Part shown: one piece after another, positions 1-8,394 of the stretch | How positions within the stretch are numbered: the first letter of the stretch is position 1 | How the letters are laid out: every line of letters starts with the position of its first letter | DNA from: Leptospirales bacterium | GTDB lineage: Bacteria; Spirochaetota; Leptospiria; Turneriellales; JAOUFE01 | Assembly (NCBI GenBank): GCA_040326155.1 | Contig: JBEQLE010000054.1 | Location: forward strand, 1-29,612 | Reading direction: 5' to 3' | DNA length: 29,612 bases | The notes under the pieces: model-generated | The model's database searches: none | What the model was told of the DNA's origin: nothing | Seen by the model: only the letters and a program-made list of their open reading frames with translations | Translations under genes and position numbers: made by a program

Positions 1-97
1 GGGATCTGAAGCCGCACCTGAGCAAAGTGAAAGTTCTGGTGAATCTCAGGGATCAGAAAGTGAGAGCGAATCCGAAGAATATGGATATGGTTATTAG
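1..97 (+). CDS. 3' end of a CDS (partial): acidic Ser/Glu-rich tail ending ...SESESESEEYGYGY*
   Basis: Frame from nt 2 is open: GSEAAPEQSESSGESQGSESESESEEYGYGY, TAG at 95-97. It ends 23 nt before the next ATG on the same strand. Confidence 0.75.
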   Translation, partial: GSEAAPEQSESSGESQGSESESESEEYGYGY

Positions 98-120
98 GAG
101 AACCTAAAATTGATACAATT

Positions 121-1422
121 ATGAAACAAATAACAGTTTTTGAAGGTAATAAGTTACAAAACACGACACCGAATTTGGATGTCAGCGATCCGCGCTGTCT
201 TTTATACGGAGCCGATGGGGATGGTAAAAAGGTAGAACTCCCTGTAAGCGATGATTTACTAAGTAAGCATATGCTGTTTTTAGGCAGTATTGGCACAGGA
301 AAAACAAACGGAATTTTTCAAATTATCTCCCAGCTTAGAGGTAGTATGACGCCTAATGATGTGATGCTTATCTTCGATACTAAAGGCGATTTTTACGACG
401 CTTTTTACCAAAAGGGTGATATAGTAATAAGCAATGACGACAAAGCAACTGGCCCTAAAGGTAAAGATTACTGGAATATTTTTAACGAAATCGAGCTGGA
501 CAGCTCGATGGAAGAGAATATTATTGAAATTGCACGCGCCCTGTTTTATGAAAAAACGGAGCGATCAACTCAACCTTTTTTTCCAAATGCAGCTCGTGAT
601 ATTCTCACAGGGCTTTTGCTTCATTTTTGCCGGAAAGGGGATAAAACAAAGAATAATAACGATGAACTGCGTACTTTTCTGGACCGATCACCCTCAACTG
701 AAATAGTAGCGATTCTCCAACAACACGATGATCTAAAAGCCATGACTAGTTACATCGCCAATGAAAAATCTCCTCAAACACAAGGGATCATTTCCGAACT
801 ACAACAACTTATTAGAGAAATTCTGGTAGGGAATTTTCGCAAACCAGGGACATTGTCTATGCGACAATCTGTTCGAAACAAAGGCGGTAAAATAATATTT
901 ATTGAATATGACCTGGGAATTGGCGGTATGCTGACTCCCATATATCGTCTATTATTAGACATGGCGTTAAAGGAAGCCATGGGGCGAAAAAAGAGCGAAG
1001 GTAATGTCTGGTTTATTATTGACGAATTTCGTCTTATTCCTAACCTCCAGCACGTTGACAATGGTGTAAACTTTGGCCGTAGTTTAGGGGCAAAATTTAT
1101 TATCGGGGTGCAAAATGTTGAGCAGGTGTTTCATGCTTACGGAGAGTCTTTAGCGCGTAGTATTCTCTCGGGTTTTTCAACAACTGTAGCCTTCAAGGTG
1201 AACGATATTACTACTCGCAACTTTATTCAACAACTATTCGGCAAGAATCGAAAAAAAGAAGTTTATATGGCTTCAGTGCAATCTCGTGGAATCGTTGAAC
1301 AACTACGAGAGGCTAATGTTGTCGAAGATTGGGATATTTCTAATTTGCCTCTGGGACGGGCGATTATCTCCTTTCCAGAGAATGAACCCTTTTATTTCCA
1401 ATTTGATAAATTCAAGGAGTAA
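121..1422 (+). CDS. VirD4/TraD/TrwB-like (FtsK-HerA superfamily) P-loop ATPase with no N-terminal membrane anchor
   Basis: Walker A HMLFLGSIGTGKT, LIFDTKGDFY, WNIF, FFPNAA, Walker B WFIIDEF and GRSLG...GVQ motifs, all typical of T4SS coupling-protein nucleotide-binding domains. No hydrophobic segment is visible. Confidence 0.8.
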   Translation: MKQITVFEGNKLQNTTPNLDVSDPRCLLYGADGDGKKVELPVSDDLLSKHMLFLGSIGTGKTNGIFQIISQLRGSMTPNDVMLIFDTKGDFYDAFYQKGDIVISNDDKATGPKGKDYWNIFNEIELDSSMEENIIEIARALFYEKTERSTQPFFPNAARDILTGLLLHFCRKGDKTKNNNDELRTFLDRSPSTEIVAILQQHDDLKAMTSYIANEKSPQTQGIISELQQLIREILVGNFRKPGTLSMRQSVRNKGGKIIFIEYDLGIGGMLTPIYRLLLDMALKEAMGRKKSEGNVWFIIDEFRLIPNLQHVDNGVNFGRSLGAKFIIGVQNVEQVFHAYGESLARSILSGFSTTVAFKVNDITTRNFIQQLFGKNRKKEVYMASVQSRGIVEQLREANVVEDWDISNLPLGRAIISFPENEPFYFQFDKFKE

Positions 1423-1450
1423 ATACTAACCAGTTTAAAACTATTCAAAA

Positions 1451-1502
1451 AAACTTCAAACAAAAGTACCCTGCCCCTGGTTCGGTCGCATTCCGAACTA
1501 TA
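1451..1502 (+). repeat. 99-bp direct repeat, copy 1, left part (interrupted by IS21)
   Basis: aaacttcaaacaaaagtaccctgcccctggttcggtcgcattccgaactata matches 5810-5861 with 3 mismatches. Confidence 0.95.
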
Positions 1503-1507
1503 TAGAT

Positions 1508-1621
1508 ATTCCGGAAACATGTTGCCACTGATTCCGGAAACACCCTGCCACCCATTCCGGGTTTAACCTGCCACTGATTCCGGAAACACCTTGCCACCCA
1601 TTCCGGGATTATCCTGCCACT
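1508..1621 (+). repeat. IS21 left-end array: 5 tandem 22-bp units (ATTCCGG-N8-TGCCAC) at 23-bp period
   Basis: Units start at 1508, 1531, 1554, 1577 and 1600. Confidence 0.9.
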
Positions 1622-1696
1622 CTGGTAGCAGAAATTTCATTTATTGTCCATCAGCTAAAAACAATACTCTTGTTAGAGAAAAGGAGTATTGCAACA

Positions 1697-3271
1697 ATGA
1701 GGAGAATATCAATGAAGAATTTAAGAGAGATTATTCGGTTACATTCAGAATGCTGTATCGTGAGTTACAGAACTATCGCCAGAGCCACTAGAGTTTCTCG
1801 GCCAGTAGTAAGTCAATATTTGACCGACCTTAAAGCATCGGGCTTGAGTTATGCAGATATTCAGGACATGTCGGATGATAAACTATTGGAGATTTTCAAT
1901 CGCAATAGGGGCAAAAAGAATGAGCAGTATAGCATACTCGCTCGTCAGTTTGAATATTTCGGCAAGGAATTGAAACGGACCGGTGTCACGCTTCATCGCT
2001 TATGGGAAGAATACAAGGCCGACAAAATTGAATTCTACGGCTATTCACAATTTTGCTACCACTTTCAGGTCTGGCGAAGTGCCTCGGCAATCTCAATGCA
2101 CATAGAGCACAAAGCTGGCGATAAAATGTTTGTTGATTTTACGGGCAAAATGCTTACGGTAACCGATTCAATGTCCGGGGCACAGCAAGAGGTTGAGGTG
2201 TTCATAGGAATCCTTGGTGCCAGCCAGCTGACATATGTAGAAGCCGTGGAAACTCAGCAGAAAGACGACTGGATTAAAGTCAATTGTAATGCGTTTGAAT
2301 ATTTCGGGGGCGTCACTTTGGCGAGTGTCCCAGATAATTTAAAGTCCGCTGTGACAAAGGCTGACAAATATGAGCCCGATATAAACCCCGCCTACAATGA
2401 TTTTGCAAGACACTACGGGACAACGATTCTGCCAGCAAGAGTCTATAAACCGAAAGACAAAGCATTGGTAGAAAATTCAGTAAAGATTGTCTATGCATGG
2501 ATTTTCGCAGCGTTGAGAGACCGAACTTTTCACAACATTCAAGAGTTGAATCAGGCGATCTGGGAGGAGCTGGAAAAGTACAACAATAAACCGATGCAAC
2601 TTCTTAAGGTAAGCCGGCGGCAACTTTTCAATGAAATAGAGAAAGATACCTTAAAGCCATTACCGCTTCAACGCTACGAATTGAAATACTTCTCCCGTCT
2701 GAAAGTCCAACCCAATTACCATGTCCACCTTCGCGAAGACGGCAATTATTATAGCGTCCCTTACCGATACCGTTCGAAAACCGTGGAATTGATTTATTCA
2801 AGCTCTACAGTTGAAGTTTACTGCAATAACGTGCGGATAGCTCTTCACAAGAGGGTTAAAAACGGCAAAAAGTATTGCACGCTAAAAGAACATATGCCGG
2901 AAAATCACAAATGGGTGAGCGACTGGACTCCAGATCGATTTATCGAGTGGGCTCAGAAGATTGGTCCATTTGCCAAAGACCTTGTCGAAATAATTTTGAA
3001 TCGCCAGGGTCACCCCGAACAAGCCTATAAAGTTTGCTCGGGTATTCTAGGCCTCGCTAAAAAGTACGACGAGGAGCGTCTGAACAAAGCCTGTCGGCGG
3101 GCAATTTCCTTTGAGCATTATTCTTATAAGGGAATTCATAACATCCTCGACAACGGACTTGAAGAAATGGTCGGCGATGAGGCCGACCAATTGGCTTTAC
3201 CGGATCACGATAATGTTCGCGGCCAAACATATTACCAAGGAGATCACAATGAACAATCAGGCAACAATTGA
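1697..3271 (+). CDS. istA: IS21 transposase IstA (DDE)
   Basis: RISMKNLREIIRL N-terminus, YGYSQFC, HKAGDKMFVDF, VPDNLKSAV, PARVYKPKDKALVE, NYYSVPY and HDNVRGQTYY. ATG at 1697 follows AAGGAG; ATG at 1712 is an alternative start. Confidence 0.95.
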   Translation: MRRISMKNLREIIRLHSECCIVSYRTIARATRVSRPVVSQYLTDLKASGLSYADIQDMSDDKLLEIFNRNRGKKNEQYSILARQFEYFGKELKRTGVTLHRLWEEYKADKIEFYGYSQFCYHFQVWRSASAISMHIEHKAGDKMFVDFTGKMLTVTDSMSGAQQEVEVFIGILGASQLTYVEAVETQQKDDWIKVNCNAFEYFGGVTLASVPDNLKSAVTKADKYEPDINPAYNDFARHYGTTILPARVYKPKDKALVENSVKIVYAWIFAALRDRTFHNIQELNQAIWEELEKYNNKPMQLLKVSRRQLFNEIEKDTLKPLPLQRYELKYFSRLKVQPNYHVHLREDGNYYSVPYRYRSKTVELIYSSSTVEVYCNNVRIALHKRVKNGKKYCTLKEHMPENHKWVSDWTPDRFIEWAQKIGPFAKDLVEIILNRQGHPEQAYKVCSGILGLAKKYDEERLNKACRRAISFEHYSYKGIHNILDNGLEEMVGDEADQLALPDHDNVRGQTYYQGDHNEQSGNN

Positions 3272-3980
3272 AAAAATGAGTTTACTGAAATTACACGGAA
3301 TGCAACGGATATTCAAAGCGTTGTTAGAAACAGGTAATAGCGACATGACCACCGACGAGGTGATCGGTTCAATGATCGATGCGGAGTGGGATGAAAGGTA
3401 TAACCGCAAACTTTCCCGGTTATTGAAGGCGGCCAAATTTCGCTACCAGGCGTCGCTGGAAGAAATCGATTTTTCGAGTCAACGGCGAATAGATAAAAAT
3501 GAACTACTACGATTAGCAACCTGCGACTGGATGAAAAAAGGGGACAGCCTGATCGTTACTGGCGCAACAGGTGTCGGTAAAAGTTTTATAGCGTGTGCCT
3601 TGGGGAGTCAGGCTTGCAAAGAAGGATTTACAGTATTATACTTCAATTGCTTAAAGCTTTTTTCGCAGTTAAAATTTGCAAAAGCCGATGGCAGTTATTT
3701 CAAAGAAATGTCCAGACTTCGAAAACAAGACCTGCTAATTTTGGATGATTTTGGTCTAGAGCCACCGGATGCACAATCAAGATTAATCTTGCTGGAAATC
3801 CTTGAAGACAGGCATGGTCGAAAATCGACCATGATTACATCACAACTCCCAGAAAATAAATGGCATGACTTCATTGGGGAGCCAACAATTGCCGATGCCA
3901 TTTGCGACAGGATTATTCACAAATCATATAAAATAATTTTAAAAGGAGAATCTATGCGGAAAAATAACGTTAATTCTTGA
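3249..3980 (+). CDS. istB: IS21 helper ATPase IstB
   Basis: GATGVGKS Walker A, LLILDDFG Walker B, TSQLP..W and ADAICDRI. GGAG RBS precedes ATG 3249, which overlaps the istA end. Confidence 0.95.
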   Translation: MNNQATIEKMSLLKLHGMQRIFKALLETGNSDMTTDEVIGSMIDAEWDERYNRKLSRLLKAAKFRYQASLEEIDFSSQRRIDKNELLRLATCDWMKKGDSLIVTGATGVGKSFIACALGSQACKEGFTVLYFNCLKLFSQLKFAKADGSYFKEMSRLRKQDLLILDDFGLEPPDAQSRLILLEILEDRHGRKSTMITSQLPENKWHDFIGEPTIADAICDRIIHKSYKIILKGESMRKNNVNS

Positions 3981-3992
3981 CGCGATCGGATG

Positions 3993-4118
3993 ATTCCGGA
4001 ATTATCCTGCCACTACAGAAAAAACAAACAATGGATTAATAAATGAAATAATAATGGCTCTTACAACTCGGGAAAGTGGCAACATGTTTCCGGAATGGGT
4101 GGCAGAATGTACCGGAAT
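3993..4118. repeat. IS21 right-end repeats: one direct-orientation unit (3993-4014) and two inverted units (4075-4096, 4098-4118)
   Basis: 4075-4096 is the exact reverse complement of 1508-1529. 3993-4014 reads attccggaattatcctgccact. Confidence 0.88.
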
Positions 4119-4128
4119 ATCCACTATA

Positions 4129-4175
4129 TACCAATCGAATGAAATACCTTTACAATTCGAGTATACCGCTCTCGT
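4129..4175 (+). repeat. 99-bp direct repeat, copy 1, right part
   Basis: taccaatcgaatgaaatacctttacaattcgagtataccgctctcgt matches 5862-5908 with 1 mismatch. Confidence 0.95.
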
Positions 4176-4419
4176 AAACCAGTCGGTGCAAACAATATAA
4201 ATGCGGAAATATCGCTAGAAAAATTCCGTGTTTATTCGAATGACCATAGTAAATATTTAGAATTGTCATGGCATAAGTGGTGTGAATTTGCTTACCTATT
4301 GGTTGTTTGTCAGCAGCTTTTGCAATTGTGCAATTGTGCAATTTATTATTTTTGTTCTTTCTTCAAAAGTGATTTGTTGGACAGGGGGGCTGGGTAGTTA
4401 TTGCTCAGGCTTTCAATAT

Positions 4420-4911
4420 TCACCTGCGTCTTTTCGCCTTTGCTGGTTCTTTAAGATTCGTAATATTTATTCTGTTTAAACTGTTTTTTATGTGAATTTT
4501 TTGAGTATAATTATAATGTTTAGAGCTACATATTTTTTCATATACAGAATTTAATATACTAAGATTTAAGTTTCCTTTTACAGCTATTTGCTTTGACTCT
4601 ATTTTCTCTATCACAGTCTCTAAAAGTTCAGACTTCGGCGGGAAGTCAAAGTCTATCAAACATTCTTCGTCAAACCCTATGTCTGCATGGTTATCCATGA
4701 ATCTAATTATTGAATTAGAACTTCGGTCCCCATAGTTTTCATAATATTGAAATTGAGTAGTAGTTTTTACCAGTAATAGGGATGTTGGGCCATTAATAGT
4801 ACCCGTATCACCTAGCACAATAAACCAGAATGGTTTTAATTTGCTATTAGCATCACTTGGATTCTCGTAACTGTTCCATTTTATTACAGACCCTGATTGC
4901 AAATTCGACAC
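4420..4911 (-). CDS. Putative toxin, divergent PemK/MazF-like
   Basis: GSVIKW...KPFWFIVLG...LLLVKTTTQ resembles the PemK-like strand pattern. Its GTG start directly abuts the TAA of the Panacea gene. Confidence 0.5.
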   Translation of the reverse strand: MSNLQSGSVIKWNSYENPSDANSKLKPFWFIVLGDTGTINGPTSLLLVKTTTQFQYYENYGDRSSNSIIRFMDNHADIGFDEECLIDFDFPPKSELLETVIEKIESKQIAVKGNLNLSILNSVYEKICSSKHYNYTQKIHIKNSLNRINITNLKEPAKAKRRR

Positions 4912-5460
4912 TTACAGGCTTACTGCTTCAAAATGCTCTTTGATTATTTCATTAGAATGTTCAATTTCGTCGGATATATACATCTTTTCTGATAACTTAT
5001 TGGCTGGCCTTCTTTCGTGCCAAGCTTTTTTCCATGATTTTAACTCATGGGTTGCATTTATAAGGTCAGTATTCCTTCTATAATTTGTAGCAAATCTATC
5101 TATTAAGTCATAGATTTTTTCTATTTCGTATTCACTGAAATTATCTAAATTATAGTCTGCATTATTGGGAATAAACTTTATCTGCTCCGATGTATTACCT
5201 TCTATAATTTCCAGGTCTACATTATCATTGTCATACTCACCATTAACAATTAGCGAGTTCAGATTAACCGGAACCGGCCCTTTTTCCCAAGCAAGATATT
5301 CTAAATTTAACGGAGGATGGCCTGTTTCTTTTAATATCTCAAATTCAAATAAATCTATATATTTAAACAATGACGTTTTAAATAAGCATTTACCAGAAAT
5401 TATTTTATGTTCGACGGATAAAGTGTGTATAAGATCGTCTAATTTAGCTGTGGTTGACAT
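4912..5460 (-). CDS. Panacea-domain (DUF4065/SocA/GepA) antitoxin
   Basis: KTSLFKYIDLFEF..LKETGHP...YLAWEKGPVP and LINATH...SW motifs. The start is reassigned to ATG 5460 (MSTTAK). Confidence 0.8.
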   Translation of the reverse strand: MSTTAKLDDLIHTLSVEHKIISGKCLFKTSLFKYIDLFEFEILKETGHPPLNLEYLAWEKGPVPVNLNSLIVNGEYDNDNVDLEIIEGNTSEQIKFIPNNADYNLDNFSEYEIEKIYDLIDRFATNYRRNTDLINATHELKSWKKAWHERRPANKLSEKMYISDEIEHSNEIIKEHFEAVSL

Positions 5461-5809
5461 AGTCGCCCCATTCCCCTGTCCATCGTAATAAAAAACACTA
5501 GACAAGTACCTACCTATATAGACGTCTAGGCGACATAAAATGTAAACACTTTTTTTGTAAAAAACGATACAAAAGTAGTACAATATGTAAAGTACTTAAA
5601 TGATTTTTTCATGTGTGATGTCATTTCCCATATGTTAGAGTATAATATTTTTAATATTGAATTGCATTGTATGTTCTCCCTATATCCATGTTGTGTTTTC
5701 CAAACCTATGGAACTTTCTGGCTCTGTTGTGTCGTTGTTGTTGTTCGGATGATCACTACGAATATTACCCAAAAGATTGAATACCTCTATTCTATTTTTT
5801 TGTAACCTG

Positions 5810-5908
5810 AAACTTCAAACTAAAGTACCCTGCCCCTACTTCGGTCGCATTCCGAACTATATACCAATCGAATGAAATACCTTTACAATTCGAGAATACC
5901 GCTCTCGT
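5810..5908 (+). repeat. 99-bp direct repeat, copy 2 (intact), 25 nt downstream of the argH stop
   Basis: 95/99 identical to the rejoined copy 1. Internal hairpins are TTCGG-N7-CCGAA and CGAGA-N7-TCTCG. Confidence 0.95.
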
Positions 5909-5933
5909 GGACGGCCTGATTCTTACTCTTTTT

Positions 5934-7346
5934 TTAAATTTCTGTTTTCATCGCTTCGAGAATTTTTTCAGCTTTGGCAAATTGTTCTTGTACGGACTTG
6001 TTCGAAGTGCAGCCGGTTCCTTGTTTTCTATCGATGCAATTTTCCAACTTGAGCATTCCTTCGGGCAGGCTGTATTCTGCGCCCCAGATCGATTCAATAT
6101 CAGTCTGCGTGAGTTCATCGAGGTATTTACCCTCTTTTTCGCAAAACACGACGGCCTTGCCGGACATTTCGTGAGCCACCCGAAAAGGAACTTTATAGTC
6201 ACTGACAAGATAGTCGGCAATTTCCGTAGCTTGTGCAAAACCCTTACGAAGATTTTTGACGACTTTTTCGGGGTGAAAAGTTACATTCGATATTATTTCT
6301 TTCATGCCGAGAATGCCCAGAGCGCTCTGTCTGACCGTATCAAACAAGTAAATTTTATCTTCTTGCAGGTCTCGATTGTAGGTAAGCGGCAACCCTTTCA
6401 AGTTTACCAAAAGAGCATTCATGTTACCTGAAACCCGGCCGGTTTTACCGCGTAAAAGTTCTGCTATATCGGGATTTTTTTTCTGTGGCATAATGGACGA
6501 ACCCGTTGTTACCGAGTCCCCCATCGATATATACGAAAACTCTGTAGAATTATACAAAATGAAATCTTCACACATTCTGGAAATATGCAAGTATAACCGA
6601 ACGGTAAAAAAATGATAGCTGAGTTGGTAATCTCTGGTGGAAACCGCGTCCATACTGTTATTATACACTTTGGAAAAACCAAGCTCTTTTGCAACAAATT
6701 CTCGATCAATTGGATAGTTAGCTCCGGCCATTGCCGCTGCACCTAAAGGCGAAGTGTCAGTTTCAGCCAGAGAAAAATCGAGCAGGTTGTAATCTCTCTG
6801 GAACATCCAGAAGTAGGACATTAAATAATGACTGAGCAGTACCGGTTGGGCAATTTGCGTGTGTGTATAACCCGCCCAGATGGTTCCGGCGTTATCTTTT
6901 GCCAGTTGTAATAGTCGCTCTAAAAGAGCAATCATCAGCTCTTTTTGTTCAACGATATTCTCTTTTAGAAACAGGTGAGTGTCTACGGCGACCTGGTCAT
7001 TTCGCGAGCGCCCGGTGTGTAAAAACTTACCCTCTTCGCCGATAATTTCAACCAGACGTTTTTCAATATGGGTATGAATGTCTTCCAGCGCGGGGTCAAA
7101 GTTCATTTTCCCCTGGTCGATTTCACCTTCAATCTGCCCGAGCCCTTTTACTATTTTATCGATGACATCGTCGGCAACAATTTTCTGCCGAGACAACATG
7201 CGAGCATGCGCTATGGAAGCTCGAATGTCCTGTTTATAAATTACTTTATCGAAACTGATCGATTCAGAGATGGTTTCACTAATTTTTGAAACCCCCTCTT
7301 GAAATCGCCCTCCCCAGAGTTTTGCCGGGGTACCTTCATTTTCCAT
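5934..7346 (-). CDS. argH: Argininosuccinate lyase
   Basis: KLWGGRF, EDIH, LHTGRSRNDQ, GYTHTQIAQP, GSSIMPQKKNPD and YNRDLQEDK. Start taken as ATG 7346 (MENEG). Confidence 0.97.
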   Translation of the reverse strand: MENEGTPAKLWGGRFQEGVSKISETISESISFDKVIYKQDIRASIAHARMLSRQKIVADDVIDKIVKGLGQIEGEIDQGKMNFDPALEDIHTHIEKRLVEIIGEEGKFLHTGRSRNDQVAVDTHLFLKENIVEQKELMIALLERLLQLAKDNAGTIWAGYTHTQIAQPVLLSHYLMSYFWMFQRDYNLLDFSLAETDTSPLGAAAMAGANYPIDREFVAKELGFSKVYNNSMDAVSTRDYQLSYHFFTVRLYLHISRMCEDFILYNSTEFSYISMGDSVTTGSSIMPQKKNPDIAELLRGKTGRVSGNMNALLVNLKGLPLTYNRDLQEDKIYLFDTVRQSALGILGMKEIISNVTFHPEKVVKNLRKGFAQATEIADYLVSDYKVPFRVAHEMSGKAVVFCEKEGKYLDELTQTDIESIWGAEYSLPEGMLKLENCIDRKQGTGCTSNKSVQEQFAKAEKILEAMKTEI

Positions 7347-7469
7347 AAGAGGTAAATTCAAAATAAAAGCAACCGTGTAAAGGAGATAAGTATGCGAAAC
7401 GTAATAGTCGAGTATAAAGTCAAACCAGACCAGTTTTGTTCTAAACGGTCCTTCCCTACACATTAAAAA

Positions 7470-7748
7470 TTATACAATTTTCTTAAAGTCCAATTGATAG
7501 CCCAATACCGAAATAAGACTACTCAGTTTATGTAAAGTCACATTCGTAGTTTTACCTGAACGTATATTTTGAATTACGGTGGGTGACACATGAGCCGCCT
7601 CAGCAAGTTTTCTTACACTGATATGTTTCTCTTCCATTGCATCTATTAAAAATTCTGATAATAAAAATTTGCCATAACCTTGTTCAAACTTCTGTTTTCG
7701 CCCCTGGTCATTCATCATTCTTGAAAACGTACTTTCTTTATTCTTCAT
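7470..7748 (-). CDS. XRE-family HTH antitoxin (HigA-like)
   Basis: ISVRKLAEAAHVSPTVIQNIRSGK...NVTLHKL HTH. ATG 7748 overlaps the stop of the upstream toxin remnant. Confidence 0.82.
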   Translation of the reverse strand: MKNKESTFSRMMNDQGRKQKFEQGYGKFLLSEFLIDAMEEKHISVRKLAEAAHVSPTVIQNIRSGKTTNVTLHKLSSLISVLGYQLDFKKIV

Positions 7749-7905
7749 AATAGGAACCATCCTTTGTTCGTTTTAATAAATAGAATAATTTATCCTGAGA
7801 TGACTCACTCATGGTTTCAAAATACTCTAGCGCTTCACAATTTCCCTTTTCATAATAATACCATTCAATAACAAAATCTTCCCCTTCGTAAGCAATATAT
7901 TCCAT
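7738..7905 (-). pseudogene. RelE/HigB (Gp49-like) toxin, 55 aa, apparent in-frame internal deletion
   Basis: MEYIAYEGEDFVIEWYYYEKGNCEALEYFETMSESSQDKLFYLLKRTKDGSYYEE*. A Gp49-like N-terminus is joined directly to a typical C-terminal tail. The ORF is too short to appear in the supplied track. Confidence 0.7.
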
Positions 7906-7920
7906 TAGAATCTCAGAGAT

Positions 7921-7949
7921 AATGTACTATTATAATGGTACATTGTCAA
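7921..7949 (-). promoter_or_regulatory. sigma70 promoter TTGACA-N17-TACATT with an overlapping 24-bp palindromic operator
   Basis: On the minus strand, -35 is at 7949-7944 and -10 at 7926-7921. The palindrome AATGTACTATTATAATGGTACATT (7921-7944) has one mismatched pair. Confidence 0.75.
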
Positions 7950-8394
7950 ATCTTTTTTGAACTAAAAAAGCATAGAACAGATTTTCAGGATGGCAATAAG
8001 ACGTTCCGCCATTAATACCCGGTCACCTGCTTTCATATGGTTGAAACATGTTTTTTCAAATCCGGTTTTAATTGTGCAGTCTAAGTGTGTATTCCATATA
8101 TTAATTGTTGCTTCAATATGTTTGCTTAGAGATATTTTACTTTTTGGAAATTCATTCTATCATTGAGTGACCTAACGGACTGTCCACTGAATCGGGGTGA
8201 TCTCATAACCTACAACAAAAAAGAATACAAAACAAATATTTATGATTGTTATATTTCTTTTTGAAAAAACTATGTTATTGTATTTATTGTGTCCCGTATG
8301 AAATTAATTGTCTTTTTTTCCATATTCTATTAAATTTTAATGGATTACTTTGTATAATGCGTGTATTTTAACTGAAAAGTAAAGTGAGGTTAAT

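Larger units (their letters stand above)
1503..4123 (+). mobile_element. IS21-family insertion sequence, complete (2621 bp), with 5-bp target-site duplication CTATA (1498-1502 and 4124-4128)
   Basis: istA-istB pair; terminal inverted repeats TAGATATTCCGG... and ...CCGGAATATCCA; multiple subterminal repeats. The empty target is visible in the second repeat copy (ttccgaa-ctata-taccaatc). Confidence 0.95.

Noticed and set aside
1508..1621. Regular repeat array resembling a mini-CRISPR or iterons
   Set aside because: The 23-bp period leaves no spacers and there are no cas genes. The same unit occurs inverted at the IS right end, so these are IS21 terminal repeats.
4150..4479. Short ORFs (63 and 65 aa) and a (TGCAATTG)n micro-repeat at 4321-4343
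   Set aside because: No recognisable motif or RBS; one ORF runs into the 99-bp repeat; the micro-repeat is too short to interpret.
5461..5805. N-terminal extension of the Panacea ORF and a 64-aa + strand ORF
   Set aside because: AT-rich intergenic-looking sequence; the recognisable domain begins after ATG 5460.
5810..5908. Integron attC, tRNA fragment or GTAG-type REP interpretation of the 99-bp repeat
   Set aside because: There are no attC core ends and no cloverleaf. GTAGGGGC on the minus strand lacks the following REP palindrome and differs in copy 1.
7347..7463. 39-aa N-terminal extension of argH in the ORF track
   Set aside because: ArgH normally starts a few residues before LWGGRF, and the ATG at 7346 fits that.
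7965..8160. Open minus-strand frame of about 60 codons upstream of the TA promoter
   Set aside because: No start near its 5' end and no recognisable similarity, so I cannot support a pseudogene call.
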